Assembly: GCA_017654855.1 (NCBI GenBank)
Contig: CM030337.1
Coordinates: forward strand, 1,550,001 to 1,614,000
Length of the DNA: 64,000 bases
Reading direction: 5' to 3'
Origin: Podospora anserina
Taxonomy: Eukaryota
Part shown: piece after piece, positions 1-12,762 of the stretch
Layout: each line of letters starts with the position of its first letter
Numbering within the stretch: position 1 is the first letter of the stretch
Notes under the pieces: generated by a model
What the model saw: the letters and a program-made list of their open reading frames with translations, nothing else
Database searches by the model: none
What the model was told of the DNA's origin: nothing
Translations under genes and position numbers: made by a program

Positions 1-835
1 CCTACATCTTCAAATCTCAAACAGGTAAGTTGCAATGCCCCAAATCTTATCAGATCGCACACTTACAGATGCAATAGTTGCTTTGAGAGCAAAGCTCCCA
101 AAAAGCTACGAATTCGACTTTGTTGATGCCCCATTTCATTGCGCCCCAGCACCAGGTATCAAGGTCTTGTTCGACTCCAGTCATTACACTTGGTGGCCAA
201 AAGCGACCATCAACGGCATCAAAGGTGCGCACAAGTGGTTGATCGACTACATCGAGGAAAACGGACCCTACGACGCCGTGATTTGCTTTTCCCAGGGCTG
301 CTCCTTAGTTAGCAGCTTCCTTCTCTACCACAACCTCGAAACACCCGAGGAACCTCTACCATTCAAAGCAGCCATCTTCATCTGCGGCGGTCTCCCTCTC
401 GGTGTCCTCGAAGATCTCAACTTGCCCATCACAGAAAAGGCCCATGCTGTCAACGATGCCACGGGTGCGCTGCTCAAGAAGAAGGCCGGCGCATTGATTG
501 ATCTGGCGAAGAATCTCGACAAAATCAAGCCGGGCATGGGACTGTGGGACGACGTCAACGGGTTGCTTCACGACCCGTCAAAGATGCCAGACGAGACAGA
601 TGTGTTTGGGATTGACTTTACCGCCATGCCAAAGGAAGCCATGATCAAGATTCCAACAATTCACATCTACGGTGCTAAGGACCCAAGGTGGCCATCGAGT
701 GTTCAGTTGGCGTACTTTTGCGAGAACAGGAAGGAGTACGATCACGGCGGTGGACACGATATCCCTCGGTCGACGGACGTTTCCATCAAGATTGCGAAGA
801 TGTTGGAGGATTTGAGGGAGGAGATTGGAGCATAA
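1..835 (+). CDS. FSH1/DUF341 (LovG-like) serine hydrolase, 5' partial; exons <1..24 and 78..835
   Basis: Intron 25..77 (GTAAGT...TAG) joins YIFKSQT to VALRAK in frame. Nucleophile motif CFSQG, HIYGAKD (Asp) and HGGGHDIP (His) fit the FSH1 family triad. Confidence 0.85.
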
Positions 836-1495
836 TGCTTGTCGGAAAAGTAATTGATGGTACTGGCATAATATCGGCGTTTGATCGTGGGGGCGGGTTT
901 GTGTTGTTCGGGCTCGGCTTATCGGTATTGCGTTTGGGACTCGGGCATTTGGATATACCATTTGGCGATAAGAGCTCATAAGTTTCGATGATTTTGGAGA
1001 CTTAGAGTGACGATGCAAGAAAGAAAAGCGATTGTAATCAACAGTGCGTTTGCTCAGAGGGAAGGCGCACGCAAGGCTAGGAACAGGTACCTTGATTTTG
1101 GCAAGTACAAGCAGTCACTGTCGCAGGAGTTCTTTCCATGCAAAAGTAATACATCTAAGAATCAGGCTTCGTATCCTCTTATTTTCATAAGATTTAGATT
1201 CTCCATCAGTATTACTCCATTATGCAAGGTACTGGTGAAGGGCCATCAACCTCGACTTATACGGTAGGCGCGTTGAACCCTAACCCTCACCGGCCACACT
1301 CTGACCGACGATGTATCAGGAGCCTGATGCGAAACATCAGAAACAATTGCGCAAAACTTCTTATGAACTCCATATGGTGTCTTTTGCGTCCTAAAAATCA
1401 CAAGAAACCCATTTGGGCATCTCCGTGTCGTCATTGCAGCAAAGCTGAGGGTCCCGGCGAAGCCCGCCCCGCCGAAGACCGAGTTCGGCCGTCCG

Positions 1496-1576
1496 CTATC
1501 AGCGGGGCAAAATCCGCGCTTGTTATCGGTCACCACCGACATCAATTAGTGATAAAGATCCTGGCCGATAGATAAG
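1496..1576. promoter_or_regulatory. Cluster of GATA sites (AreA/NIT2-type nitrogen regulation)
   Basis: CTATC 1496-1500, TTATC 1523-1527, GATAAA 1551, GATAG 1567 and GATAAG 1571: five sites in about 80 bp around the UaY-type site. Confidence 0.6.
1526..1539. promoter_or_regulatory. UaY/PCO-1-type purine-induction site TCGG-N6-CCGA
   Basis: TCGGTCACCACCGA is an exact match to the A. nidulans UaY consensus, 180 nt upstream of the xanA ATG. Confidence 0.75.
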
Positions 1577-1719
1577 CATCAACGTCATGACGGGAAACTT
1601 GGGAAGATATAAGAGACGGCTGCTCTCCTTGTTTGACTTCAATTTTAGCTCCTCATCCTCAGCCCGGACTTACAAGACAGAACAAATCAAGAACCTTTAA
1701 ACCCCAAACACTCACAACC

Positions 1720-2992
1720 ATGCCTTCAGCCACCGGCCCCGTTGTCCAACCTCTCACGCCTCCCGAGGGCTCCAAGATCAACTTCGGAGCCACCATCACA
1801 GGCATTGACATTGAGAACCTCACTGGTAAGACATGAAAAAGCATCATACATGATGAAAAAATGTGACCTCTGTAGAAAAGGGAGAATACCCGTGAAATCG
1901 GTAACCTCCTCGGTAAGCCACCCCAATCATCAAACTAACCCCAGAACACCCTCCACTAACATCCCCCACCTAGACTCTGACTTTGCCCTCATCCGTGACG
2001 CCCTCTTCACCCACCAAGTCGTAATCTTCAAATCCCAATCCCACGTCTCCCCACGCGCCCAATACGAGCTCACCAACCGCTTCGATCCCCTCGCAACCTC
2101 TTATGGTCATGGCAAAACAGTAGACGCCAAACGCTCCATCCTCCACCCCGACCTCAAAACAATCCCCCACCAGCCCCAAGTCCAAGTCATCGGCAACGGC
2201 TTTGTGTCTTCCTACGAAGGCCTTCAAAACATCACCCTCCGCCACCCCCACCACAAAACCTTCCACGCCACCTCCATCCCCGAAGCCGACGACCTCACAC
2301 ACACGAGGTTCTACAGATGGCACATCGACGCCGCCCTCTACGGCCTCGCCCCTCCCATCGTGACCACCCTCCTGGCAGTCAAAGTCCCCTCTGGCCGCAG
2401 GCAAATCTGCCGTTACGACGACGGAACAGGGGATGAGCTCTCCGTCCCCTTGGGAACCACAGCTTTTGTCTCGTCATGCACCTCCTACGACATCCTCTCC
2501 CCCAAAGACCAAGCCTTTTGCCGTTCCACCCGCGTGGAATACGCCCCCCACCCCTACATCTGGATGTCAGGCGCCAAATCCCGCTCTGACGGGCTGGGTA
2601 TGGTCTCCCAAGGCAAAGAAATTCCTCTTGGGGACCTCCCCCCTATTGAACAAGACAAGATCCAGATTTTGCCCATGTGCTGGAAGAATCCTGTCACGGG
2701 AAAGCTAGCGCTGCAGGTGCACCCTTCTGCGATTAGAAAGTTGCACTTGGCTGATGGGACGGTGATTGAGGATTTGGCGGAGGTGAGGGAGATTGTGCAT
2801 AGGCTGCAGAGGCCGGGGATTGCACCCGAATATGTCTACGCGCATGACTGGGAGGAGGGGGATTTTGTGCTTTTCCACAACAGGGGGGTGTTGCATAGTG
2901 TTGTGGGCGCGTTTGCCGAGGAGGAGGTGAGGTTGTTTAGGCAGTGCAATGTTGCGGCGAGTGAGTTTCCTTTGGGGCCTGATGATGAGTAG
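1720..2992 (+). CDS. xanA: Alpha-ketoglutarate-dependent xanthine dioxygenase (TauD/TfdA family), 374 aa; exons 1720..1825 and 1974..2992
   Basis: Intron 1826..1973 (GTAAGA, ACTAAC branch, TAG). Motifs PQVQVIGNG, HPHHKTFH, FYRWHIDAALY (HxD) and HNRGVLHSV (distal His) match fungal XanA/Xan1. Confidence 0.9.
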
Positions 2993-3757
2993 ATCAAGCT
3001 AAGGGTTCGACGAGAGGAGGGGAGGTTAAGGGTTTAGACTGTATTGTGCTTTCTTTGAGATTTAGATAGGTAGTTTTGTTTAGCGTGCAATAGGTATTAT
3101 CATCCTTTCTTTTTTAAATATCAGCGCTTGAGAGTGATGAGACACAGCTGAGGCAATAGAACAACCATTACTGTCGTTTAGGGCAGGGGAACAAATAAAT
3201 TCAATCATTTTCTTTTCTTTCTCATGACCGAGACCCTCACCAACCCAAAACACCAACCCAAAACACCAACCCAAAACACCATCCCCCTCCTCAACCTACC
3301 TGTACTTAACTCTCATGACAGCCTGAGATATACACACAATGTCAGACAAATCAACCAATAGAATAGCAGGTAAAGACAGAGCAAAACAAATACCCATAAA
3401 AATAAAAAATAAAAATAAATTAACAAAAACCCCATGATATCATCAACCATTCATGTCGTCATTCCTATGCCTAAAACAATGCCTATGCTTCTCGATGCCC
3501 CTTCATCCATCATCACATCACGTCAGGTACCAAATTGTACAAAGTCCATTGATATCATAACTTCATAACAGAAATTCTTCCCTCTCCCAACGTAATGATC
3601 GCTTCGCTTCGCTTTGTTTGCTTGTGGTAGTGGTGGTGGTGACACACGTGATAAAGAAAAGTTGACGAGATCCAGAATGTCCCAAGAAAAAAGAATAAGA
3701 AATACAATAAAATAGCCAAAGAAAAATCCAAAAATGAGGACAAGAAAAAACAAAACG

Positions 3758-6700
3758 CTATCCCACAATCGTCGCAGGGCCACCTCCTCCCATTGTATCC
3801 TCAGGCGGGCCAGGCTCAATATAATTCACCCACTCCGACACTCGATGCAAGCCTCTCCCAGATCCGCTCAGGCCAGCCTGCATCGAGGGCTTGGCCTCAG
3901 TCTTGTTGTGCTCCCGGTGAGCTTGCGTGGCCCGTCTTCGGATGTGAGGAGCACGGGCAGAACCCCCGCTGGGATCCCACTCATGCAGTCCCATGCCCAT
4001 GCCCGGGGGACCAAACCATTCAGGTGTCGGTCCTCCTGGATGACGGCCGGAGACGTAGATGTCCTCCTCCATGGTGTGCCTGCGAGGCATATGCGAAATA
4101 GCCGGTGGCGGCACCGGAGCGACCGGAATTGATGGACCACCTCCGTGTCCGTGCATCATTGCTGCTGCCGGGTGCGATGCGGTGCGAGAAAGAGGCGGTG
4201 GTCCTCTTGTAGGACTCAGCGGCCCCTGGGGCACCATCGCACTCATCATGCCCATGTGTCCCATGTGTCCGGGCGGTCCGACAGGGCCAACTCCGATGGT
4301 GGTCATAGGAGCAGGTGGGACGGCGTGGCCCATCCCGCCCATGTGGTAGGCTCCTGGACTCTGTCTGCTCTCCGGGTTGAAACGATCGGCGAGCCGTTTG
4401 TCGAATGACGACGCTCGGCGTCTCTCGGGCGAAGGAGCACGGAGTCTATCGTCAGGATGAGCCAGCTGTCTTTCGGGCATTGCCATGTGCCTCTCTGGCA
4501 TCTGCTGTTGTTGTCTTTCCGGCATCGGGGCGTGCCTTTCCGACATGGAGGCGTAGCGGTCAGGAGTGGCCATGTGTCGTTCAGGAAGCTGCATGTGTCT
4601 ATCCTGGGGTGCCATGTGCCTTTCTGGGATCTGCATGTGCCTCTCGGGCGCGAGCATGTGTCGTGGCTTCTGCGGAATCTCCATCGCCATGGGTGCTCCT
4701 CTTTCTGGGGATGGGAAACGCGTCGGGACTTGCCAACCATCGGGTGACTCTTCGCGCCGCTCCTGAGCAAATGGATGGTGTCTATCCAAAGAACGCGGCC
4801 GTCTCGCAGTAAGGAATGTTTGTCGTCTTTCGGGCGAGTACGGTCTCCGTCTGTCGGCTGTGTAGTTCTCGGCAGCAAACTCCTCATATCGCTCCGGCGA
4901 AGCATAGCGCGCCGCTCTTTGAGCATAGGCCTCGGAGGCATAATCAGCGCGCGGCGCGGCCCGAGGTGGTACTCGGTCGAAGGCGGGGCGTGAGGGTGGC
5001 TCAAATGCCGAACGAGGCGGTGGCGGCGCCATGGGAACATGTGTTTGCGGAGGTGATGGTGCAACAACCGTTGCAGCCCTCCCAGCTCGGAAATCACCGT
5101 TTCCAAAAGACGCTCCGCGGCTCCGAGCTTCGATGCGTCGTCGGGGTTGTTCTTCAAAGTCAAAGACGTTGACACCTGCCCTTCCTCTACCGTACTCGGC
5201 CTGGTCATCGACATGACCAAAAGCATCATCAAAAGAATGCATCCGGCGAGCATGATGAGGTTCTTCACGGACTTCCATACGCCGAGCAAGATATGGTTCT
5301 TCCTCGTAGCTCGATGGGCGAGGCTTTACAGTGCCTGCATAAGAGGCCGGGAATCCCGACCGTAGAGCCTGGGGAGAGGGAACACGAGATGCGTACTTCG
5401 GCGCAGATGCAAAGGGATTCGGGGGTTCGTCCATCAGCGTCCTCATGCGGTCTGCGGCTGCTCGAGGTACAGCTTGGACCGAGTTATTCGTCATGGGGCA
5501 TGCGCACGATTTCCACGGACCGCCGCAAAGCATACAGAACTGAGCACCACAACGGCTGATAGGGACAGGTTATTAGCTGGGAACCATCATGATTGCGGTG
5601 GCATGGAACCTGGACTTACCACTTCATATGGTTGCAGCCTTCAGCGAGTTCGACCATGTGATGGCACTGATAACAGGTCTGGTATGTATCTCGCTTGGAT
5701 TGCGGCATGAACTGTGCTGTGTTCTCATCGCCTGGGCAGTTGTACTGCGGATGCCACAGTCCATGGCAAGCACAGCAGACTTTTGTTTTGCAGTGAGTGC
5801 ATTTTGCCTGCCCACGCCCGTTCTCCTGACGAATGTTGTCGGGCTGGAACCACCTGCCACACCGTTCCTCTGGACAATATATGCGGCTTCTGGTCGTATA
5901 CTCACGGTATTTTCGGTTCCACTCGGCTTTGAAATCTTCACCCAGCAGTTTGTCGACGTGCTTTGGTGGGATGGGCTCTGCGGTACAACATCGAGGGGGC
6001 ATATGCTGTGGGCCTCGGAGAGACAGCTCAAAGCTGCGCACCAGGCAAGTGTTGCACATGCGATGTGCGCACTTGAGCTTGGCTGTGTTCTCAACCAGAG
6101 TCTTGTTGTCTCTGCATGAGACACAAGTGGTAAACCTCTTGGGTTGTTGCCTCTCCAACTGCATGTTATTGGCAGCTGTCGGATCGGCAAACATGGACCG
6201 CTTGGAGCTGAAGCTCTGTGACGACGCATGGTGTGACCCTTCTATGGTGGTGTTGGCTCTTCTGAACACTGAAGGGGCCCTCGACACATAAGCGTCTGAC
6301 TCATACTGCCTGGTCGACGGTCTATCGCCAGGGTTAGCTACTACTGAGAAATACTGCCTATTCGGAGGCGGTTGACAATACCTTCTGGTTCGGGATTTGG
6401 ACCGAGCCCGGTCGCCATCGAGACTCGGAGCACGGGAAACGTCTCTCGGACGACGATAGGCATCCGGCTTCACCGACGCAGCTCGAGAGGGTGCTCGGGA
6501 AGGGGCTCGGGATTGAGCTCGCGATCTTCCTACACCTACCGATTGCTCATACCTTGTCGATGCAAAATCCGGCTCCGGATCTGGATCCTCATAGACGACC
6601 TCAATTTCGGGCTCCTCTGTGCGCCGGTTGAGGCGCTCATGCATGGACGGTGCGGGAGGGGGTACCGGGGCGGTGGGAACAGCCGGAGGCTTCCTTCTCC

Positions 6701-7355
6701 GGGTAGGCTGTTGAATAACCACTTCCTCCAAAGAATCCTCGGTCACGTCAGTTTCGCCCTCAGAATCGGACATGGAAGTGCGGGGTGAGCGCCTAGATTC
6801 AGGAGTGGACCTGTAGCGGTGAGCGGAGCGAGAACTCTGGTCGCGACGAGATGCCATCGTCTGGCGGCTTGCTGGCCGCGATGGACGTATAGGCGGCTCA
6901 TCATCGTCGTCGTCGTTGTCATATGAAGGGCGATGTTGCATACGGCGGGCCATGGCCTTGGTGTCGACCAAGGGCACGGTGGAGTTGGGCCGCATGGCAG
7001 CAGTCCGATGTCGAGAACGGGACGGCGGCTTGGACGGGAGGTCGGAGTCCTCGGAGTCGGTGGGACTCGGGAGCTGTTGACGCTGCTTCGAAGGACGTCG
7101 AGATGGTTGCTGCTGCTTGGGAGGCGACGCTTGGGCGTCGTCTGAGTCGTCAGAGGACTCGACAATGTCTATGTCTATGTCTATATCCCCATGACGTTTC
7201 GGGTGAGGCGACGGACGGGGTCGTGGCCCACCGGCTGATGTCCAATCGTTTTGGGACTGGGGCTCCGGCTTGGGAGATTTTCCTGTGCGCTTCTTCCGCA
7301 CACTGCTTCGCGAAGTCCTAGGCCCGCCCTGTTGCTGGTCTTCGACGTCGGCCAT
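3758..7355 (-). CDS. RBR (RING-IBR-RING) E3 ubiquitin ligase with long low-complexity N- and C-terminal arms, about 1157 aa; exons 7355..6382, 6321..5620, 5555..3758
   Basis: RING1 CVSC..CAHRMCNTC..PPRCC; IBR YCPEERC..CTHC..CCACHGLWH..C; RING2 CYQC..GCNHMKCRCGAQFCMLC across intron 5556..5619 (GTAAGT..CAG). Intron 6322..6381 (GTATTG, GCTAAC, TAG) is in frame. Confidence 0.88.
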
Positions 7356-10300
7356 TCGATCGATTCGTCTTGGTCCCCGTATTACTCGCTCACTTCAACG
7401 ACAACAGGACAACGGGTCTGGAGTCTGATGGGGCACAAAACACAACAAGATGGCGTGTTGACAGCCGCTTTGGCACTCTGAGTGCCTCTGTGCCGCGGCA
7501 GGTGGACGGTGGAAGAGAATTGCGACGGGGGGTAGACGAAGCGTCGGCCAGATGGTCCAGTGTGGTTGGACGGCGGAGGCGGGTCTGCAGATGCCCCAGA
7601 GCTGCGATTGGGCTCACCGGCTTCCCACTTGGACCACTTGCATTGCCAGCACAACACAATTCCTTCCGACAGCCCACGGTGCCACCCCTTGGCTTTGCCC
7701 TGGGCTCGCCCCAACCACGGATGAAAAACCGGCAGCAGCCTAATAAATACCTGACCCGTCCTAGCTTGCAAGTGCTCTCTGCAGACAGCTGAAGGATCAC
7801 CAGCTTTGGGCACCGCCGAGAACCGTGGAGGAGGGATCAGGCCTGATGCGGGAGTTCGGTCGGGTGGAGGAAGAGCGAGCGGGTCGGTCGTGGGCAAGGT
7901 GAGGTGAGTCAGGAGAGACGAGAGGGAAAGATGAGATGAGGGGTGATGACGGCCTGAGGCCTCGACCGTCGGAACGCTGTCTTGGGTGCTTGGGTCCTTC
8001 GCTTGCCGTGTTAGTGGAGAAAATCCCCCTTCCGAAGCATCAGTTGCCGGCCTTCTTCCAATGGGACTGCTATCACCTCACGACGCAGCTGACAGGCTAG
8101 AGTCGCGACCACTGTGACGCAGCCGACGATTGGACACAACGATCCCCGCGACCGACTGAAAAGGAGATGGCTGAACACAGAGAGGCGAGCTATCACATCA
8201 CGTGATGCGGGCTTCGACAGTCCCAATGGCAGCACATTCCTGGACCCCCAGCTCATGCCAGCAGCCTCTTGTGGGAGAAAGCTGGAGGAGGGAGAAAACA
8301 GGTTCTGGTTTGCCGCGCTTATTTGCGTCAAGGCAACGATCAGATTGCCGGGAAGTGCCAGCTGGAAGACAATGTTAGGGTCAATGGATCGGGGGCCTCT
8401 ATAACCCTTGAATCAAGGGTCTTGAATGCAGAGTGTTTTGTCAGAAAGCCATACCAGCGTCAAGAGAATCGCTGTCCTTTGGTTTGAACACCACTCTCCA
8501 ACACCCAATTTGAGGGCTTTCGAGCTGTTGTTCATGCGAATAGCTGTTAGGCCTGATCCTAGTGTCGACCCAAAAGGAGGGGCTGTCTTGACGACGATCC
8601 TTCCCCGCATTCTGTCATGGAGTGGCCAGTGCGGCCCCGGCCTCCAACACAACACAAGCCGTTCAGCGGCACGGGGCGGAGGAGCGGCACGGGCGGAGGA
8701 ACGACACGGACGGCAGCGGATCCCGTCCTATCGGGCGCAGGGGCCTTCCCCGGAGATCGATTCTCGGCGCTTGGAAACATCTTCGGCACCGAAGACTCCA
8801 GGTCCAAACCTCAAGCTTGACCGAAGACCCATGTATTCACGGACCGGTCGTCCTCCACAGCAACAGGAAGGACGGAGCACATCCCTATGGTTAACGATTA
8901 CCCAAATGGCTCTAAAGTCCACATGCCGGCCGCTCCTCCGCTTCTAGCCTCCAGCGACTGCCACTTTACCCCATCATCAGATGCTGAAATGCCTCACGGG
9001 ACTCCGATCAGCTGCAGGGGAAGATGCCAAAGCAACCATATCCCGACTCCCGAGACATGATTCCATCATTTGGTTGCACAACGGAGTCAACTACCGGCAC
9101 ACGGTACTGTACAGCACATCATGCCGTGGAACGCAAGACGGCGAACTGACCGGTCCGGGACATGCTCAAACGGAGGGGCCGGCAGTCGCAGCTTTCATCA
9201 GAACGGGCTCACCTTGAAGGCAACGTGATACAAGCCTTTTTGCCTGCTGCGGCGAAGGCTATCGGTATGACGGTGCGAGACTGGCTGCCCATTGACACAG
9301 TAGTATCCCCAACAAACGACACCCAAGACAAAAACCGACCGTTGAACAAGTTCCATCCCGTCCAAGATGCAACGATAAAAACACCAATATGGAACCCTCT
9401 GAGCATGGACGTCGGGATTGATCCCGAAAACTTGAGGCTTTAGCAAAAGCATCACCGACACTACAGAAGGCTGATGTAACTTTCAGATGTATCGCACTCG
9501 CTAATCATGCAACAAAACACTCAAGAGTCTACCACCGTACCTTATATTACCACTACCCACAAAGCCAGCGGCATTGAAAATTAAAAGGAGAAGAGCCAAA
9601 ATGGACCCTTTGACGTTGCACTGTCGGCCCTATTTTTTCGCCGTGACTGACCTTGACACCCAGCAAAGGTAGGCCAGCGTAGCTTTCACAACCCATCTCA
9701 GATCGGACCATGATGAAATCATCATTATCATGCTGAATTAAGACGTCAACCACCATCTAAGAGGCCAGCGACGAATCTGACTGCCGGAATAATATGCACA
9801 CTTCTCCCACCACCCTACCTGGATGAAACAAGGTAAGTCGAGCCGTCTCCATGTACTGTTCCGGTTCCACCACGTGGTTCCCCGAAAAGAAGCAGTACAA
9901 TAACTTGGTTTCTAACAACGCCCATACAACTCTACACAACGTTAGACAGGCATTGATTGCCTTGTGCCCAACAAACATGTCGTATCACGGGCAGGTCTTC
10001 CGTGGCTGCCTTGTATCAGCACTACGGAAATCTGCTACAACTACCACCAGCCCTTTTGGTCTCGGAGTTGAGTGCTCAGGCCTGGTTGTAATGCTAGAAT
10101 GACCGATTCACTGTTGATTTCTCGCGCATACCTCGCTGATTTCATCGTCAAGACGGTGAGGTTGAGTAGGTACAAACATCTACATCGATAACTACTCGCA
10201 CTAACGAAGGGGAATTGCCCGCTCTTGGACCCAACGGCATCAAGCGAGATCACGTCTGTCTTCTTCCAGACCCCCGGAATCATCGCTTCTGATGTAGACG

Positions 10301-12160
10301 GTTCCCTAGGCTTGGTACGTGGGATCATATGGAGATTCCTCCTCGTTTCGTTTCAGCTTGAGGAAAATATTCCTATCTTTCGTCCGATGTCATCTCGGTC
10401 CCATCTCATCACATAATGACAGATGTGATAAGATCTGACAAAGCAAAACGGTTGTCTGAAGCCTTGCCGGTTCCATCCGATCTCATCTCGTTCAGGTACG
10501 CCATCTACCGTCCAAGGAAACGGTACCTGAATATCAAACCCCAGCTAGCTTAGCCAGACCACCTCGTCACATCGCATACTGCAGATCTAGTCCATCATGT
10601 CTTCATAATCAGGGTCTCACTCCGGTCCACATTCACATCTACACCCCTTCTGGTACGCACAGCACAACCCGAAAACGCGCGGAAACTTGGACACCACCGT
10701 GAGGCCAGGTATAGCTATCGTACACCTCAGCTTCACGCCCCTCGATCCCGCAATATTCGCCGCCTATCCACCATCATAAACCACCACCAGCCTCACTTGA
10801 TCACCACATGAACCTCGCTACCACAACCCCAACATCTCCGGTCAAAGCTCAGGGTAGGTAGGTAAGTAGTCGTGGTAAGGTAGTGTAGCACAACTGCACC
10901 CTTTTTCCTTCGTGGCCACAGTCAGTCAGAACTGACCAAATCTCGGAGAATAAAAAACAAGAAAAAATTCACGCCTTTGTCAGCATTTACCAGACACAAC
11001 AACCGACCCCAGCCACCACCATATGCCACACGCCTCCCCTATTTGGCCACTCACTTCATACTAATGCGTGTACAAACACGGCCTCGGAACTCCAGGCCGA
11101 AGATCCCCATCAGCATCTCCGTCCGCACATAGCCATCACCACACACATCACGCGCACACGCCAACTAGACCTGACCTTGACCAAGAAGGCAACCAACCCC
11201 CCTCTGCCTCGCCACGCCTGGTCGAGCAATAATTGTCCCAAAAGAGGTTCTCTCTCTTCCCCACAGGTGGCACACATTTTCCGAGCCGTGTTTCTCTCCT
11301 CCTTGTCGTGCAGTGAGGAGAGCACATATCCCAGAACAGGCCGCTCCACACCTTAACCTACGTAGGTACCTACCAACCTAGACAGTGCACATGGTGAACG
11401 AACTCCCGTCCGTAACCCACAATACATTGATCCTCCCGTCTTCCTGCGCGCAACATATCCCCCCTCCCATCCCGAGTCCGAGTCCACAACTCCACACTGC
11501 CCAAAAAAAACCACAAAACCGGTCGTCGTTGCAGCAGAACCTTTTGTCCAAATTCTGCAGGTCATCTCGTCTCGTGCTAGTTTCGTCTCATGTTTTTTAT
11601 CCTCTTCGTCCCGCCCCTTCACCCCATCCACAACGGTTGGTCGGTTTTGGTTGGCGGTGGTGGTGGTTGACAAAAAACAGGCCAGCAAATAAATTCTCCT
11701 ACCGAGCACCGACTATCGAGAGTTAGGGTCTTGTCAAACGTTCAAGCCCCCCACCCCCCCTGTCCGGCGTTAACAAGTACATGACTGGAGGGGGGGGATT
11801 TTGGGGAACTTTACGGTCAAGGGTTCGAAAGAAGCCCCTCCAGGGTTTAGACAGACGTTTGTGGATACCGCGTAGAAAAAAGAGCTATCCAAAGCCAAGT
11901 ATCTCCCCTTCAGCCAAGGCAAAAAAAAAAAAAAAACGGGTTTCCTCTTCCGCGATCAGCCACCACCGCCATGGCGGCTGGAAAACTCAACGGTCTTCTT
12001 TCTTTCTTCCTTCAACGGTCAATCGCTCGGCACCGCTCGTCGCCCCTTTTTCTCAGCGGTGGAGTCTGGCTGCTGATCCGCAAGACTGCCAACATCGTCA
12101 CGTTCCCATCGGCAAGTCCAACACATCAATCGTAATGTTTTTGACAGCCATTTTGATATG

Positions 12161-12762
12161 TATATATATATATATATATGAATAAGAATGGGGTATGTAA
12201 ACTATACAGAAAAAAACTTACAACATCAAGAATAAAACCCCTTTTCCCCTAGTCAAAAAAAATGGCAATGTTGCCCAAAAAGAAGTGAAAAAAAAAGAAG
12301 TGGTATCCCAACTGAAGAACAACAAAAAAAGGTATTCATGCAACATCTCTGTAGCCAAATCCAATTTCCAAACCTGTTTCCCCCGCCTCCCAACCCCAGA
12401 GTTCCTTCCGACTGTCCCCAACCCCTGGTGTGCGTGTGTGTGTCATCGTAGAGTTGTTTCCAATCCCCATATATATATATGACATATAAAAGACTTTGGC
12501 GTTGGGTTGATGTTGTTGTGTTGTCGTGTGTGTGTGTGTATGTGTGTGTGTGTGTGTGTGTGTACGTCCTCCGTTACATTTTCACAATTCACCCATGGAT
12601 ATTCTTAGAAGCCCCCGTCTCGTAAACCACGCCCCCTCCCATCCTCTCGTATCGTTGCAGAAGAGAAACCCATCCGCCACCAGCCAGCCGCCACTTATTG
12701 CCAACTCCAAGAGATGATGATGATGATGATGATGATGAAAAATGTCAATGATGATGATGATG
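12161..12762. repeat. Microsatellite cluster: (TA)n near 12161-12179, (TG)n near 12526-12562, (GAT)n near 12713-12762
   Basis: Simple repeats visible directly in the sequence, downstream of the Zn2Cys6 gene. Confidence 0.9.

Noticed and set aside
3241..3280. 13-bp triple repeat CAACCCAAAACAC, plus similar short duplications near 24871 and 34650
   Set aside because: Ordinary slippage repeats in intergenic or UTR DNA.
4303..5289. 328-aa alternative-frame ORF within the RBR gene
   Set aside because: Shadow frame of a GC-rich CDS with no domain features.
8426..8947. 173-aa ORF containing the CGG-rich repeat
   Set aside because: Low-complexity GC-rich sequence with no homology cues.
11821..11830. 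GGTTCGA T-loop-like words here and near 3003, 34031 and 39440
   Set aside because: No cloverleaf stems or A-box at the right spacing; not tRNA genes.
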